64,000 nucleotides of DNA from contig NMRA01000743.1 in NCBI GenBank assembly GCA_002633005.1, positions 106,245 to 170,244 of the forward strand. Reading direction: 5' to 3'. This DNA comes from Phoronis australis (lineage: Eukaryota; Animalia; Phoronida). Positions 1 to 13,800 of this stretch are shown in pieces. Positions within the stretch are counted from its first letter, which is position 1; each line of letters opens with the position of its first letter. Below the pieces are notes generated by a model. That model saw only the letters and a program-made list of their open reading frames with translations. It was not told where the DNA came from and searched no databases. Made by a program: the position numbers and the translations under genes.

Positions 1-537
1 ACAAGTGACCTATGGATCAGCATTGTGAGTAAATACCTAAGAATCAGAGAGGTCACTCTGGTATTCTGGGAGGTGGCTTTGAAGTTGTGTTACCCTGATT
101 TTTATGTGCACAGCCAGACATTTATATGTGGGTGCAAAGGCGTCCGGTGTCCGGGCGTGTGGCGTCCGCTGCTGTATCTCCTAAATCACTTGCAGGGTCT
201 TATTGAAATTTGGCAATTGTGTTTTTATTAGGCTGATGGCAGACGGCGTTTAGTTTCGGTTATGGTCTGGCCTTTCAGAGTGTACTTGTCAACGCGACTG
301 TGGTATCACAGTATCTTTCCCGCACAGATCTTCTCCCTCAACAGGAATCCAAATTTTCTGTATATTATGTGAAAACCGCGAATCGAAAAACTTGACCTTA
401 GTTAGAAGCACGTGGCCAAGAAGCGTTCGCTACATACAAGTACCTGTCATCCATTCATGAAAGGGGTAGCATAGCATCGGCGAGAAATCAATACTGGCAC
501 TTATTTCCGAAAGTTTCTACTAATCATAAAAACGTTT

Positions 538-1372
538 GCGTTACTTTTATGAGGAATTACTAAATTAATCGTAATTGGAGTTTTTAAAGTCAAAATGACA
601 AACTGATAGTGAAAACTTCCGCTCCCTTAAACCCCTGAATCTCCCGATCGTTACATCGCGTTCACTCTGGCAAATGAACTCTGATGACACGCACGCACTC
701 ATTCACTCACATACGCAGAGGAACTTCAAATAAACATCACGTGACAACAACATGTGTGTTTGTCGAGAGATTTTCTCGACTTGCAGAGTACGATCTAGCA
801 CAGATATGGACTTAATATGGAATAAATTCCGACTCCACGGGAACTTAAAAATGTTAGGGACGCTATTTTGAAAACTTAAGGAGGAGTTCAGGTATTTAGT
901 TGAGTCGAAACTATATTTTTACTCATGAATTCATGTTAACCTATTGGCGATCGCNGCGTCACTTTTATGAGGAATTACTAAATTAATCGTAATTGGAGTT
1001 TTTAAAGTCAAAATGCCAAACTGATAGTGAAAACTTCCGCTCCCTTAAACCCCTGAATCTCCCGATCGTTACATCGCATTCACTCTGGCAAATGAACTCT
1101 GATGACACGCACGCACTCATTCACTCACATACGCAGAGGAACTTCAAATAAACATCACGTGACAACAACATGTGTGTTTGTCGAGAGATTTTCTCGACTT
1201 GCAGAGTACGATCTAGCACAGATATGGACTTAATATGGAATAAATTCCGACTCCACGGGAACTTAAAAATGTTAGGGACGCTATTTTGAAAACTTAAGGA
1301 GGAGTTCAGGTATTTAGTTGAGTCGAAACTATATTTTTACTCATGAATTCATGTTAACCTATTGGCGATCGC
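538..1372. repeat. Near-identical 417-bp direct duplication across N at 955 (538-954 vs 956-1372); probable assembly overlap
   Basis: Only a few substitutions; the junction is exactly the N. Confidence 0.9.
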
Positions 1373-1645
1373 GAGGCAGCGACTCATCAGTCGGCGGGTT
1401 TTCGCACTGGGATTTTCTGAAAAATGCTCGTGATTTAACAACAAATTTTGTTAGCAATGCACTGCAATTTTGTAGAAACTCTGTCATAGGTTACAGAAGC
1501 GTAAATTTTATAAATTCTACCTTACGATTTCACCTGTTTCGGAGACCGGGTTTCAACCACTTTGGGCTATAATAAGCGCCTCCTCCCTCTTCCAGAAGCA
1601 AATTTTTCTAAGTGCCGTGGGCACTTATTTGGGTGAATAGGGCAG
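1140..1645 (+). mobile_element. Dispersed repeat also present at about 63470-63910; probable non-autonomous Tc2/pogo-like DNA transposon
   Basis: cacgtgacaacaaca...gagtcgaaacta...cggagaccgggttt colinear in both copies; the distal copy ends in GAATACGG|TA. Confidence 0.6.
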
Positions 1646-2059
1646 TTGCTTGACAAAATAAATGTTTGAAAAACTAATTCAGGTGTGTTTTTTGTGTTTG
1701 GGAATGTTTATTTTCGATACTCCGTGACTCAATGAATTGTCAACGTACAGTAAGGTCTAGAGCGGCTGTCTTATCTCGAACGCCCGCGCTGCTAACTTGC
1801 CGTTGCATGAAACACTCTATGTAATGAAGATAAGAATTGGAGGTAAACGGACATGAGCCAGTCGTCAATCAAAAGTTACCGCAACAGCAGTACTCAAGAA
1901 CAAGTATTTGGCAAGCTTAAAATTTTATGTAAAAAAAAACTAATGACTTTGACTGGGAGTGAGTCTAGTGAGCCCGTACAATGAGAGTCTGGGGAAAAAT
2001 GGTTCGTACAGAGAGTCTAGATATGGTATCAGAGGTGAAAACTGTCTGTAAAACATTTA

Positions 2060-2420
2060 AATACCGTGACTTACAGGTGTAACTCAATCTCCCATTAGGG
2101 TACTTTGCTATGGAACTCATTGCCATCGGCTATGAGACAATGTACTACCTTCAAATGAATTTGCCACACGTGCTGATTTTTTCTCTGTGAACTGCTGTTG
2201 TGAGAACTGCTACAAATGTCTACACACCCCGTTACATGTACATGTACTTTTTTATTTAAATTTATTTTAAAGTTCTGTATATTTTCTTTACCGTACACTT
2301 AGCTTGTATTTTAAGTTTTTGTAGTTTGCGTTTGTAGATTTAAAAAAATTGTAAGATAATAGCACTAAGTGCTTATGTTTCATTGTTAAACCTCACCGAC
2401 TTTTAAATAAAGATTATTTC
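2060..2420 (+). mobile_element. Decayed 3' end of a CR1/L2-type LINE
   Basis: GTLLWNSLPSAMRQCTTFK around 2100-2155 (WNSLP...FK is typical of CR1/L2-group ORF2 ends), followed by an AT-rich tail with AATAAA. Confidence 0.45.
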
Positions 2421-3073
2421 TACTGTAACGATTGCAAATATGAGCCGAGACTTTGGTCATCTTGTATCGTAACACTGCGACTTGGAATTTCCCACGTAAG
2501 CGAGCCTAGTTTTTGGCCTAACAAACATATCGTGCGAATGCGGCCGTTATTTGGTTGTTGCCAAATCAAGATGAACGCAAACAAAGACAGCCCTCTTCAA
2601 GGAGTTGTAAACATGTCGCGGGATAATTCAGAAACGATCTTTGACGCGTTTTGTTGACTAGTGTTAGGCTTAGCAGCTAGGATAAGGGTTAAGGATGTTT
2701 GCATAATATTAAGTTTTTGACATCTGTCTCTCTAGCTGCCAAGTCACTCAAAGGTTCAGTTTGAAAATTGGTTGTAATGTGTTCCTGATGCGAAAACCCC
2801 GGCTGGTGTTGATTAATTTTTCAGATGTTTTAGATTATTCTGGCGCTCTCTTGGGTCAATTTTGCATTTTTCACATCTATGCCTGTATCTCAACCGTTTA
2901 AAAATCTTTTGGAATTTGGAGATGAGCTCCTGTAGAGAATGGCAAAGCTAGCTAGGTGACGATGAGTTTCAGACCAATCAGACAAATGCTGTGCGTGCAT
3001 GATTTCAGTTGTTTTTTTAAGTTTACCGCTATATCTTAGGAGTCCTTGGCTTATTTTCATGAATTTTAGAAAA

Positions 3074-4505
3074 TACCGTAAACTTTTGGGTTAACGCCCA
3101 TGCTCAGTTAACCGCCCACCCCCTACTTTAGGTGGATTTTCAATTTAACTGCCCACTGCTCGGTTAACCGCCCCTCTGCATTTTTCAAGATTTTCAGTTA
3201 AGTGCCCACCTCTCGGTTACAGATGATGATCACAATGAGCGCAACGGCCATCCTAAGTAATTTTGTTTGTACATTGGCCAGTTTCAGCCTGAACGAAATT
3301 CTTACCATTCGAGCCTGAAATATCTACGACCCAGACTGACAGAAAATTGGCGATATTTGGTAACCGGGAGGTGCACGCAGCTAGCTATGGGAATGGCACA
3401 CTCGGGCCTAGGGAACATGGAGCCGGAAAATATCGAAGTAGACTTGACATCGCAGTTTTGGGGGACATTGGAACGGAGGATTACCGTAAAGCACCGAGTC
3501 TTTCCTAACAAAAGCTTAAAAGTACAGCGTCACACCGGTTTCATTTACTTAGGACTGTTGCTGTTCTCTTTTGATGTGTGACTTTGTAGTGGTGCACGTG
3601 CGTAAGTTCCCACACTGAGTGCGTGTTACCTTGACACCAACATGTGATTGACAGGTTACTCATACGTAGGTCCTACGTGCGTGCTGAATCCCGTCGCTAT
3701 CTTTGGCCATTAAAAACGAGACGCATATTGAAAGAAGCCGTTATATTACTCGACAGCCTTTCCAAATAAAGATTGCCTGCCAGGACATTGCGTGTAAACT
3801 GCGGGACCGACCAGTGCCGCAGTGCGATAGTGTAGGTGATATTGTAATAGGACATAATCTGGACATCTTGCATGTAAAATAAGTGTGTTTTCCACCACAA
3901 AGTTGGGTAAGGTGGTCGTTTAAGATGAATTGAAACATCGCTGTTTTGTGACGTTTTGTCACATATTTATGACGTGGTTCGAAATTTTCTTTTTATTTGA
4001 GTACTGGATCGTGTCCACTTACCCCTCCCCCCCGATTCTTGTCGTAGTTGTTTGCGCAATGGGAAGTGAAAATGCTATTGAGTCACGAAGTGTTGACTAT
4101 AAACATCCCAAACACAAACTGAATTAGTTTTTCAATCTTTATTACAACTAATTTTAATAATGCTCTCTGACTCAGAACTTGACAGCTACCACCGGACTAT
4201 AACCTCAGCTGTGACCTCTGCAACACGTGAAGCTTGCACGTGCGCACTTCTGCGGTGTTACCGCTTGCAATCCAAGTGGAGCGCTGCATGGTCACTGGTC
4301 ATCCGCGCACTACAGTTCTAACAAACTAACAATACCGCAGGATGGCACGGGTGTATTACTCAGCAATTTTGTAATTTTATTGTGAATAACTAATCTGAGG
4401 GCAACAGAACCTTTGTTGGGATCATCCGCTGTAAGGTAAGATTAACCGCCCAGGGCAGATGTTTGTCATAATAAGCGCCCATGTTCGGTTAACCGCCCAC
4501 CTTGG
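3074..4505 (+). mobile_element. Tc2/pogo-like non-autonomous element with repeated TTAACCGCCCAC motifs
   Basis: TA|CCGTA start at 3074-3080; motif clusters at 3089-3210 and 4441-4500; right end not identified. Confidence 0.5.
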
Positions 4506-4624
4506 ATTTCTTTCAGCGGCAAATTGAAACTGTGCCATACCTCCTTAAGATGGCTTGCAGACAAATAATAATGCAAAATGTTCGTGACCCATGTCCTAAT
4601 TGTAATTCCTAAACAATTTTAAAG

Positions 4625-4824
4625 GTGGTGTAATCTACTGGGATATTGCTGATGTGATCAAACCCAAGACTAACAGGTATCGGCATCAAGCCAAGTCAAG
4701 CTCAGTTGAGACGACAGCCTACGGTTTAATGACCTACATTCTGAGGGATGAGAGTGATGTTGTCAGGATTGGCAAGTGGATGACAAAACAAAGCAATGGC
4801 CGTGGTGGATTCGTGTCTACTCAG
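4625..4824 (+). CDS. CD109: CD109-like exon A (end of TED domain)
   Basis: aag|GT GGT GTA ATC TAC TGG...ACT CAG|gttggt; GVIYWD...SVETTAYGLMTY...GGFVSTQ. Confidence 0.9.
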
Positions 4825-7800
4825 GTTGGTTTATCTCTGAGGGAGCTAAGATACATTGCTGTTCTGTTCAACTAGAAACTATTGGTCTCAGTAATCTCCA
4901 CCTATTATGGACTTGTTACAAATAGTCCATGTCATGAGATATGAACCACTGTTTTTTGGCACTTGAAATCAATTTTTGAATTCCCTTCACCCTTCCCTGG
5001 AGTGAAATAATTTAATTTTGTGTCATATGTGACTGCGGTAACGTTTCCTCAAATTCAACCAAAAATAACGGCCAAAATTGTCTTTTTTCATTTTTCAAAC
5101 ACTTACAGTATTGCCAAAGGTGTTCAGAATTTTATTGTGTGTTTGCTGATGACAGCCGCTCTATATAAAGTTTACAAAATTTATAATAAAGTCACATTGT
5201 CTTCTCGTTCATTCTTGTTGAAAATTTTGAGCAAATAAAATTTCTGCATTGCACCATATTGTGTTCTAATTTGAAGAAACTTTACAGTACTATAACTGTG
5301 TTAAATATGACTCCAAAATGTTACAATCTGGGTACAAATTTAAAGTATTAAGTTGGTGTTGAAAAATACTATAGATGCGTTTTCAGAAAACACTGATTTT
5401 CATCGTAAATAGAGGACATTTAACAAATTTAATATATCATGCACCTTCGCACATCCCAGGGAACCAGGAAAAACCCACAAGGCCAGTAGTAATGTGGGTG
5501 CTCAATAGAAATCACTATTGAGATGGTTATTTTGAAAAATGTTCAATTTCATAGTTGTGATAAATTTCCTTTCAGAAAATCTCCCAGGAGCTACACTAGT
5601 CTTTGTTTATGTCATGGAATTTAGCTTGATATAAAAGGAGTTTATAAAATGTTGGTCTCATTTAGTTTGACATCAGCACAGCTAAGCTAAGATTTTGGTA
5701 TTTATCCAAGGATGGACAGAATTCCAAAATGTACAAACAAGCTTACACAATAAATACAAATGTACAATGAATTCTATTATTAAACAAAAAAATTATTTGT
5801 ACACAATATTCTGAAACCACTTGAGTAGTTTCACAAGTAAATCCATGGCGCAATGTACACCTTTTCCACCACTCTCTGTAAGGTGCGATGTTTAAGGAGT
5901 TAGCTTTCCAGTTACTCTGTTTGTTTGACCACGTGCAAATTAAGCTGTTAAGTTTTCAATTTCAAATCAATTTTGAATTAAAATTGGAGCGAGGGTAAAC
6001 TCAGTTTTTTAAGTTATTTGTCGAATTGCAATTTGAAGCCAAAAAAGAGCTGCATGTTGCACAAAAACATTTACTACGAAATTCTTTGACCATTGCAATC
6101 AGATTGAAAACAATACCCCGCATCTGTAACGACTGTGATTCCAGGGTGAAATCGTTCCAGACTGTATCTCGCTGCTTTGATGTGGTCATTTTTGTTTATA
6201 AATGTTTTGCTGTACGTTAAAAGCTCATCAGTTTCGAACAAATGTAATCATCAGACCTTATTCATTTTTCATAGGCTACTAACATTATTGTGAATACTCA
6301 TAATGCATGGTTGATAGAAGCTTTGACTTGGAACATAAAAACAGTAAAGCATTTATTTTGTGTTTCTAATTTTCACGAAAGAATGAAAGAATAAAATACT
6401 TACTTGTCCACCATGTCATGTCCTAAATTGGTGAGATTTAAAAAAATATTTTAATTGTTTTAAGTTTGCAAAAACTGTTGGGAGTAACTGAATACTAGGA
6501 AACAAATTTCATTTTAGTTTATGCCTTGTGACCTTATCAAGGGCAACAATCCATCTGTTTATTCTAGGACACCGTCATTGGTCTGCAAGCCATCTCTGAG
6601 CTTGCGCGTCACTTGACGTCATCGGGTACCTCGCTCCAGATCACGTTTTCCTATCGCGACAAGGATGGTGGCGAAATTACCCAGCTTAAGCCGGATGTGT
6701 TTAATTTGAACGCCAACAACAAACTGCTCCTACAGTCAAAGCAGGTATGCCTTTGTTGTGATAAGTTTTGTAATCTTTGGGTGCTTCCGTTTTAAAAGAA
6801 AAACTCGATTTTGCGTGTGAGCATTATCATAAATGTTGGGCTGAAATCTCTCAATTCACTTCAGATTTTCAGTCTCAATACTTCAATAGTTCTTGTGGTT
6901 TCAGTCACGTGACATGAATTGACCTGATTGCTAATCAATGGTAAACGTTTAGTTAACATATCTGTTGTATTAAAAACATCTTACTGGAAGCATATTTCAT
7001 CAAACTATATGAACTTCACAAAACATTTCTTATGCTTTTGAAAATACAACTTTGGTTACAGCAGTCTACCTAGAACGTGAAAGCAAGCCGACTCTGAATT
7101 TTGAGCTCTGAAAATGCACTGTTTTTAATTCTTGTCCTTCATATTGGCTTCGGTAGTTCTGTAAGACAGTATGCAAAAGATATTAAGGTTAATATGTAGG
7201 TCCCTAGAAAAAATCTCATTTTGGTCAACTTTGGAACATCGTATCTCAGAAATGGCTGATCAAATTCATATGAAACTTTCCAATGCTATTCTTTATACAT
7301 TGTTCACAGAAACGCGGCTAGGAATTGTGTTAAAGTGTTCCACTTTTGTATGAGGCGATATAAAAATAGGAGTTATACGATTTTTATGAAAAAGATTTAA
7401 AGTTGCTTAGAACAAAAACAATACAGTAATTAAGAAGAACATTTATATCATACGAAATTTGGTCATGTTATTGATCTTGTTGTGCTATGAATGAACCGTT
7501 CTTTTTGCTGAATTTTCCTAAAGAATCAAGGCCATGTGGCATAATTAGTGGCACGTTGGTATAAAATCGAAAGCAAATTCTACGGTATTTCTTTTTCTGA
7601 AAATATGTACTTTCGCGGAGTTAAATTCTTTAGGTTTGTATAGATATTTGGCTTAATGTACAGATTGGTCAGTAAAGTCCTACGTTATAACCTTTATGGG
7701 CTTCTGCTGATGGGACCGACCACAGCAATTGAGATCGAAAACACGTATGATTGAGACCTAGTTTTTAAGCAAACTTCTGAACGGAGTCAGACATCTTCAA

Positions 7801-10800
7801 ATTTTCTGTGGTGCATCGTGACCGATCACTGAACTGGCTAAGAATGACAACTTGCAGGATAAATTATAATGCAAAATCGTTGGGAAAGCAGCAGTGTACA
7901 ACCATGCGGCATTTCTTTGTACTCGAAATTGAACTTGAAATTATTTTTGACATTCTATGTTCTACTTTTGGGCGAATTTAGGATGAGTGTCTAATAGTCT
8001 GTGCTCAAGTATGTTACAATTTGTGCTAACGAGTGTCAAGACCAAGTTTGCACTTGATGACCCGTAGGTTTGAGCTGCAGACTCAAGTAAAAACACAAGA
8101 TTTTGAGTAAAACCTCAAAACTTGGAGATCATACTCGTAACTAATTGCGTTAATGCTGAGGTCATCAAGTGCGGGCTAGGATTAGACAGTCATCCACATA
8201 AATCATAATGTGCTTGAACACAGAATAGCAGACACTTATTTTAAATTAGCACAAGACTACGGAATCGAGTATGAGTGCGAAGATTACACTCCAGGCATTT
8301 GAAAATACCATCTCTAGTCTGGATTACTTATTTGAACTTTTGTGACGTTTGTAATATGATGGTGGTGTTCATATGGTGTGTTCCCCACAGGCACCAACAC
8401 AAGCCGCTAAAGTGATGGCTACTGCTAGTGGGAATGGACTAGCTATTGTTTCGGTTATGAAGTGTTGGAATGAGCAGACCACAGAGTCAACAGCTATAGA
8501 CAGCAAAGTGATGGTGAAGGATGATAATGATAACTCATACACGCTCAATGTTTGTGTGTAAGTGGTCTTTTCAGGTCAGGTCATTTATTCAGTTGTTTAA
8601 AACCTTGACTTTTGGTTTCTGGGTGATTTGGTTCAGGTTGAGGGTTTATGATCCCAAAACAAATCAGGACATGATTGTGTTTTTAATTAATTGAAAATAT
8701 TGTGTTATTGAAGCCGGAGACCACATGAGCATTACGGGCTGGGCTATTCAGAATTCATATATAGGGGTAATAAAACAATTATCATAAACCCTTTGTTAAG
8801 CTTACACAGGACAACCTAAACAGTTGCGTGACTAAGAGCAGGGTTCACAAAGAACTGCATTCACTGATCTTGCATGTCAGTTTCGAAAGTCCTATTGTTT
8901 GTGAACGACACCCATGATGTACAATTATTGCAGCCGTAGATAACCCTCTACCTGAACACTAGACCTTGTGAAAAAACAATGTAGCTGCCTCTGTTGTTGA
9001 CAAAGCCGTTATCAGCATCAAAATTCAGTTACAATTGGTGTTTGAACTTTAAAAATCCAGCGTCAGTTACTAAATAATATATTTGTAGAAATGCATGCTT
9101 TTTATTTTTTTGTCTCGGTACATCTCGTATTCTTTTGCGATTATAGGAAAAATGATTTGCCTTGCTCTCACAACAACAGTTATGAAGAAATGGAATTTAG
9201 AGTACGAAAGCAAGTCACTTATTACGATCACAATCAATTTTGTTTCATAAATACAGCAAGCTTTAAACATGGAAAGATTTTGTTCATGGCATAATAACGA
9301 TTGTGTGTGATTAATCCCAGGCAGTATGCCCATTGCACTTGCTGTGTGTTAAACCACACTTCATTCAATTTAAGATAAGAGAACTCACAAAATAGTCTCT
9401 CATGAGTATTCGTGGTTAAAGTATACAGTGGCTTGGGACTTGTGGAATTGAACGGCATCGGGAACTGAACTTTATATTACGTAGCTGGTACATTGTGGTG
9501 CATTTCAACTGTACTCCATCTAGTTTCAGTAAACATTATTATCATTATCATTATCAGACATAGACTGGCAGCCAGTAGTCCCACGTGAACCAGCTGGCAG
9601 TGATACATTGCCTTCAGCACATCATTGGGTGACCTGTTTTAGGTCAAATTATTCAACGACATTTCAACCCAAACCTATGGTTCTAAGCATGTTCACAGTT
9701 CATTCCAAGCCTTAGAAATCACTTCTAACCTTGGTTAGGGAATCAACTGCTGTCATAAGTGATAGTTGACATGGAAAATTGCAGTTTTGAATTATTTCAG
9801 GCCTGCATAGCTTTCTTGTGCAGTGGGTGTACCTCACTGTGCACGGGATACAAGCATTGAAGTTGTGCATTGAATAGAAAAGTGACACCACAGTTGTTGT
9901 TCAGTCCTAGGATTTTAATTTTTTTACTTTAATAGTAAATACACTGAGTTGACTTAATTGTTTGTTTTGTTGTTGATCCAGGAAATCCCAAATTAGTACT
10001 GGCACTGGAATGGCTATTTCTGAAATAGAGCCTGTGACTGGGTTTTCCCCTGATTCTGAGAAACTGAAGAATATGAAGAAAATAGACTTGGTCAAGCGCA
10101 TTGAAGAAGACAATGGCAAGGTCGTGGTATATTATGATGAGGTAAGCAGTGGACATATACTTTTGTGGGAACATTTTGCTGTCATCTCTGTGTGAGCATC
10201 TGGTGTCTGCTGCTGTATCTCCTAAACCCCTTACAGGATCGCAATGAGATTTGGCAGATGTGTTCCTGCGAAGACGACGACAGATGATCTTGGCTGAAGT
10301 TGATTTTGGGAGGTGCCTGACTACTGTGGCCCCAACCTAGTGGATAAATTTGGTAAAAAGCCGATGGCGCTTTCCCATTTTTTGACGAATTTGACGTGTT
10401 CTGCACCACCTAGTGGCCGTTTCACAGCCCGCATATTTAGTGAAGGATTTCAATGAAAGTTGACACAAAGGTGTGTTAGGACAATGCGGACGGATTCAGC
10501 CACCGTAGTACCTACTAGTGGCCATTTAGTTTTTGACATGAGGCTTTTCAAATGTTGTGTGGGGGAAGAGCATTTCTGGATAATATCTAAAGAACTGATA
10601 ATAGATTGAACTTGACACAGAGGAATATTATGCAATTGGTCCAGCATCATTAAATGTTTGGGTGGATTTGACGCAGCAGTACTTCCTAGTGGCCATTTTG
10701 TTTTCTTCAAGGGGGCTTTTCAAGTGTTGTTTGGGGGAAGAGTGTTTCTGGATGATATCAAGAGAACCGAATGATGGATTTTGATAAACCTTGACACAGA

Positions 10801-13800
10801 GGTATACGATATCAATGCGCTGGTACCATTTGATTTTCGGTTGGATTCGACTACTGCAGCACCTCCTAGTGGCTATTTTATAGGGAAGAGCGTTTCTGAG
10901 GATATATTTTGAATCNTTCTATGCTCTACTTTTGGGCGAATTTAGGATGAGTGTCTAATAGTCTGTGCTCAAGTATGTTACAATTTGTGCTGATGAGTGT
11001 CAAGACCAAGTTTGCACTTGATGACCCGTAGGTTTGAGCTGCAGACTCAAGTAAAAACACAAGATTTTGAGTAAAACCTCAAAACTTCGAGATCATACTC
11101 GTAACTAATTGCGTTAATGCTGAGGTCATCAAGTGCGGGCTAGGATTAGACAGTCATCCACATAAATCATAATGTGCTTGAACACAGAATAGCAGATACT
11201 TATTTTAAATTAGCACAAGACTACATAATCGAGTATGAGTGCAAAGATTACACTCCAGGCATTTGAAAATACCATCTCTAGTCTGGATTACTAATTTGAA
11301 CTTTTGTGAAGTTTGTAATATGCTGGTGGTGTTCATATGGTGTGTTCCCCACAGGCACCAACGCAAGCCGCTAAAGTGATGGCTACTGCTAGTGGGAATG
11401 GACTAGCTATTGTCTCGGTTATGAAGTGTTGGAATGAGGAGACCACAGAGTCAACAGCTATAGACAGCAAAGTGACGGTGAAGGATGATAATGATAACTC
11501 ATACACGCTCAATGTTTGTGTGTAAGTGGTCGTTTTAGGTCAGGTCATTTATTCAGTTGCTTAAAACCTTGACTTTTGGTTTCTCGGTGATTTGGTTCAG
11601 GTTGAGGGTTTGTGATCCCAAAACAAATCAGGACATGATTGTGTTTTTAATTAATCGAAGCCGGAGACCACATGAGCATTGCTGGCTGGGCTATTCAGAA
11701 TTCATATATACAGGTAATAAAACACTTATCATAAACCGAAACAGTTGTATGACTAAGAGCAAGGTTCACGAAGAACTGCTTTCACTGACCTTTCATGTCC
11801 ATTCCAAAAGGTCTGTTATGTGTGTGTGACCTACACCCATGATGTGCAGCTGTAGATAACCCTCTACCTGAAAACTAGACTTTGTCAAAAAACAATGTAG
11901 CTACCTCTGTTGTTGAGAAAGCCGTTACCAGCATCAAAATTCAGTTACAATTGGTCTTTGAACTTTAAAAATCCAGCGACAGTTACTAAATAATATATTT
12001 GTAGAAATGCATGCTTTTTATTTTTTGTCTCGGTCTCGTTATATTTCGTATTCTTCCGCGACCATAGGAAAAATGATTTGCCTTGCTCTCACAACAACAG
12101 TTATGAAGAAATGGAATTTAGAGTACGAAAGCAAGTCACTTATTACGATCACAATCAATTTTGTTTCATAAATACAGCAAGCTTTAAACATGGAAAGATT
12201 TTGTTCATGGCGTAATAACAATTGTGTGTGATTTTTACTTTAAATACACTAAGTTGACTTTATTGTTTGTTTTGTTGTTGATCCAGGAAATCCCAAATTA
12301 GTACTGGCACTGGAATGGCTATTTCTGAAATCGAGCCTGTGACTGGGTTTTCCCCTGATTCTGAGAAACTGAAGAATATGAAGAAAATAGACTTGGTCAA
12401 GCGCATTGAAGAAAACAATGGCAAGGTCGTGGTATATTATGATGAGGTAAGCAGTGGCCATATACATTTGTGGGAACATTTTACTGTCATCTCTGGGTGA
12501 GCATCCGGTGTCTGCTGCTGTATCTCCTAAACCCCTTACAAGATTGCAATGAGATTTGGCAGATGTGTTCCTGCGAAGATGACAACAGATGATCATAGCT
12601 GAAGTTGATTTTGGGAGGTGCCTGACTACTGTGGCCCCAACCTAGTGGATGAATTTGGTAAAAAACTAGGTTTCTATCAAAGAGCCGATGGCACTTTGCC
12701 ATTTTTGGATGGATTTGACGTGTTCTGCACCACCTAGTGGCCGTTTTCATATGCCCACATATTGAGTGAAGGATTTCAATGAAAGTTGACACAAAGGTAT
12801 GTTAGGACAATGCGGACGGATTCAACCACCGTAGTACCTGCTAGTGGCCATTTAGTTTTTGATAGGCTTTTCAAATGTTGTTTGGGGGAGCATTTCTGGA
12901 TAATATCTAAAGAACTGATTGATGGATTTCATTGAACTTGACATGGAGGAATATTATGCAATTGGTCCAGCATCATTAAATGTTTGGGTGGATTTGACGC
13001 AGCAGTACTTCCTAGTGGCCATTTTGTTTTCTTCAAGGGGGCTTTTCAAGTGTTGTTTGGGGGAAGAGTGTTTCTGGATGATATCAAGAGAACCGAATGA
13101 TGGATTTTGATAAACCTTGACACAGAGGTATACGATATCAATGCGCTGGTACCATTTGATTTTCGGTTGGATTCGACTACTGCAGCACCTCCTAGTGGCT
13201 ATTTTATAGGGAAGAGCGTTTCTGAGGATATATTTTGAATCGAGATTACGGCGTTTTCCCATTGCTCCCAACTTGTTCGATTCTATAGTCCAATAATAAG
13301 TTGGGAAGAACACCACCTGTAGCCAATATGTTACACGACTGATTAACCCCATTCTGGCATTTATGGCTGGAGGGCCAGCTCTCTTTTGTTCGATAATTGC
13401 TCTTATCTCCAGTAAGATCATATCTAGCCTGGCTGGGCTGTGCTGCTAAAATAAAAGCTAAGTTATAACATATTTCAACATAAACCAATAGCATTTATGA
13501 AATCCTCATCAAATGGTGATCATATGTTTAGTTTTTGAATTGCTGCAGCAGTGGCCATTTTGTTCTCAAGGGGTCTTCGTGTTTGGGGGAAGAGCAATTC
13601 TGACTGATAATATCTATAAAAACGATAGACTGATGTCAACGAAATTTGACACAGACAAAAGTGATGTCAATTGCGCCAGACCCTTTATTTTCAGTGTGTA
13701 TCTGTCCACTGCAGAATGGTGACAAGGATCGAGTTTTCCAAGTGTTGTTAGGGGGAAGAGTGTTTCTGGGTGGATTTCAATGGAACTTTACATAGTTATA

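Larger units (their letters stand above)
7953..13241. repeat. Direct duplication across N at 10916 (7953-10915 vs 10917-13241) containing CD109-like exons C and D
   Basis: Colinear copies; the second lacks about 0.6 kb (about 9313-9920). Confidence 0.92.

Noticed and set aside
1-30. Donor-like catt|gtgagt at 24/25 as a possible upstream CD109-like exon end
   Set aside because: The frame needed to join phase-1 exon A contains TGA, and I found no bridging exon.
12954-13421. 155-aa minus-strand ORF and other short ORFs in 10182-15864
   Set aside because: They lie within repeat-derived intronic sequence and show no protein motifs or splice support.
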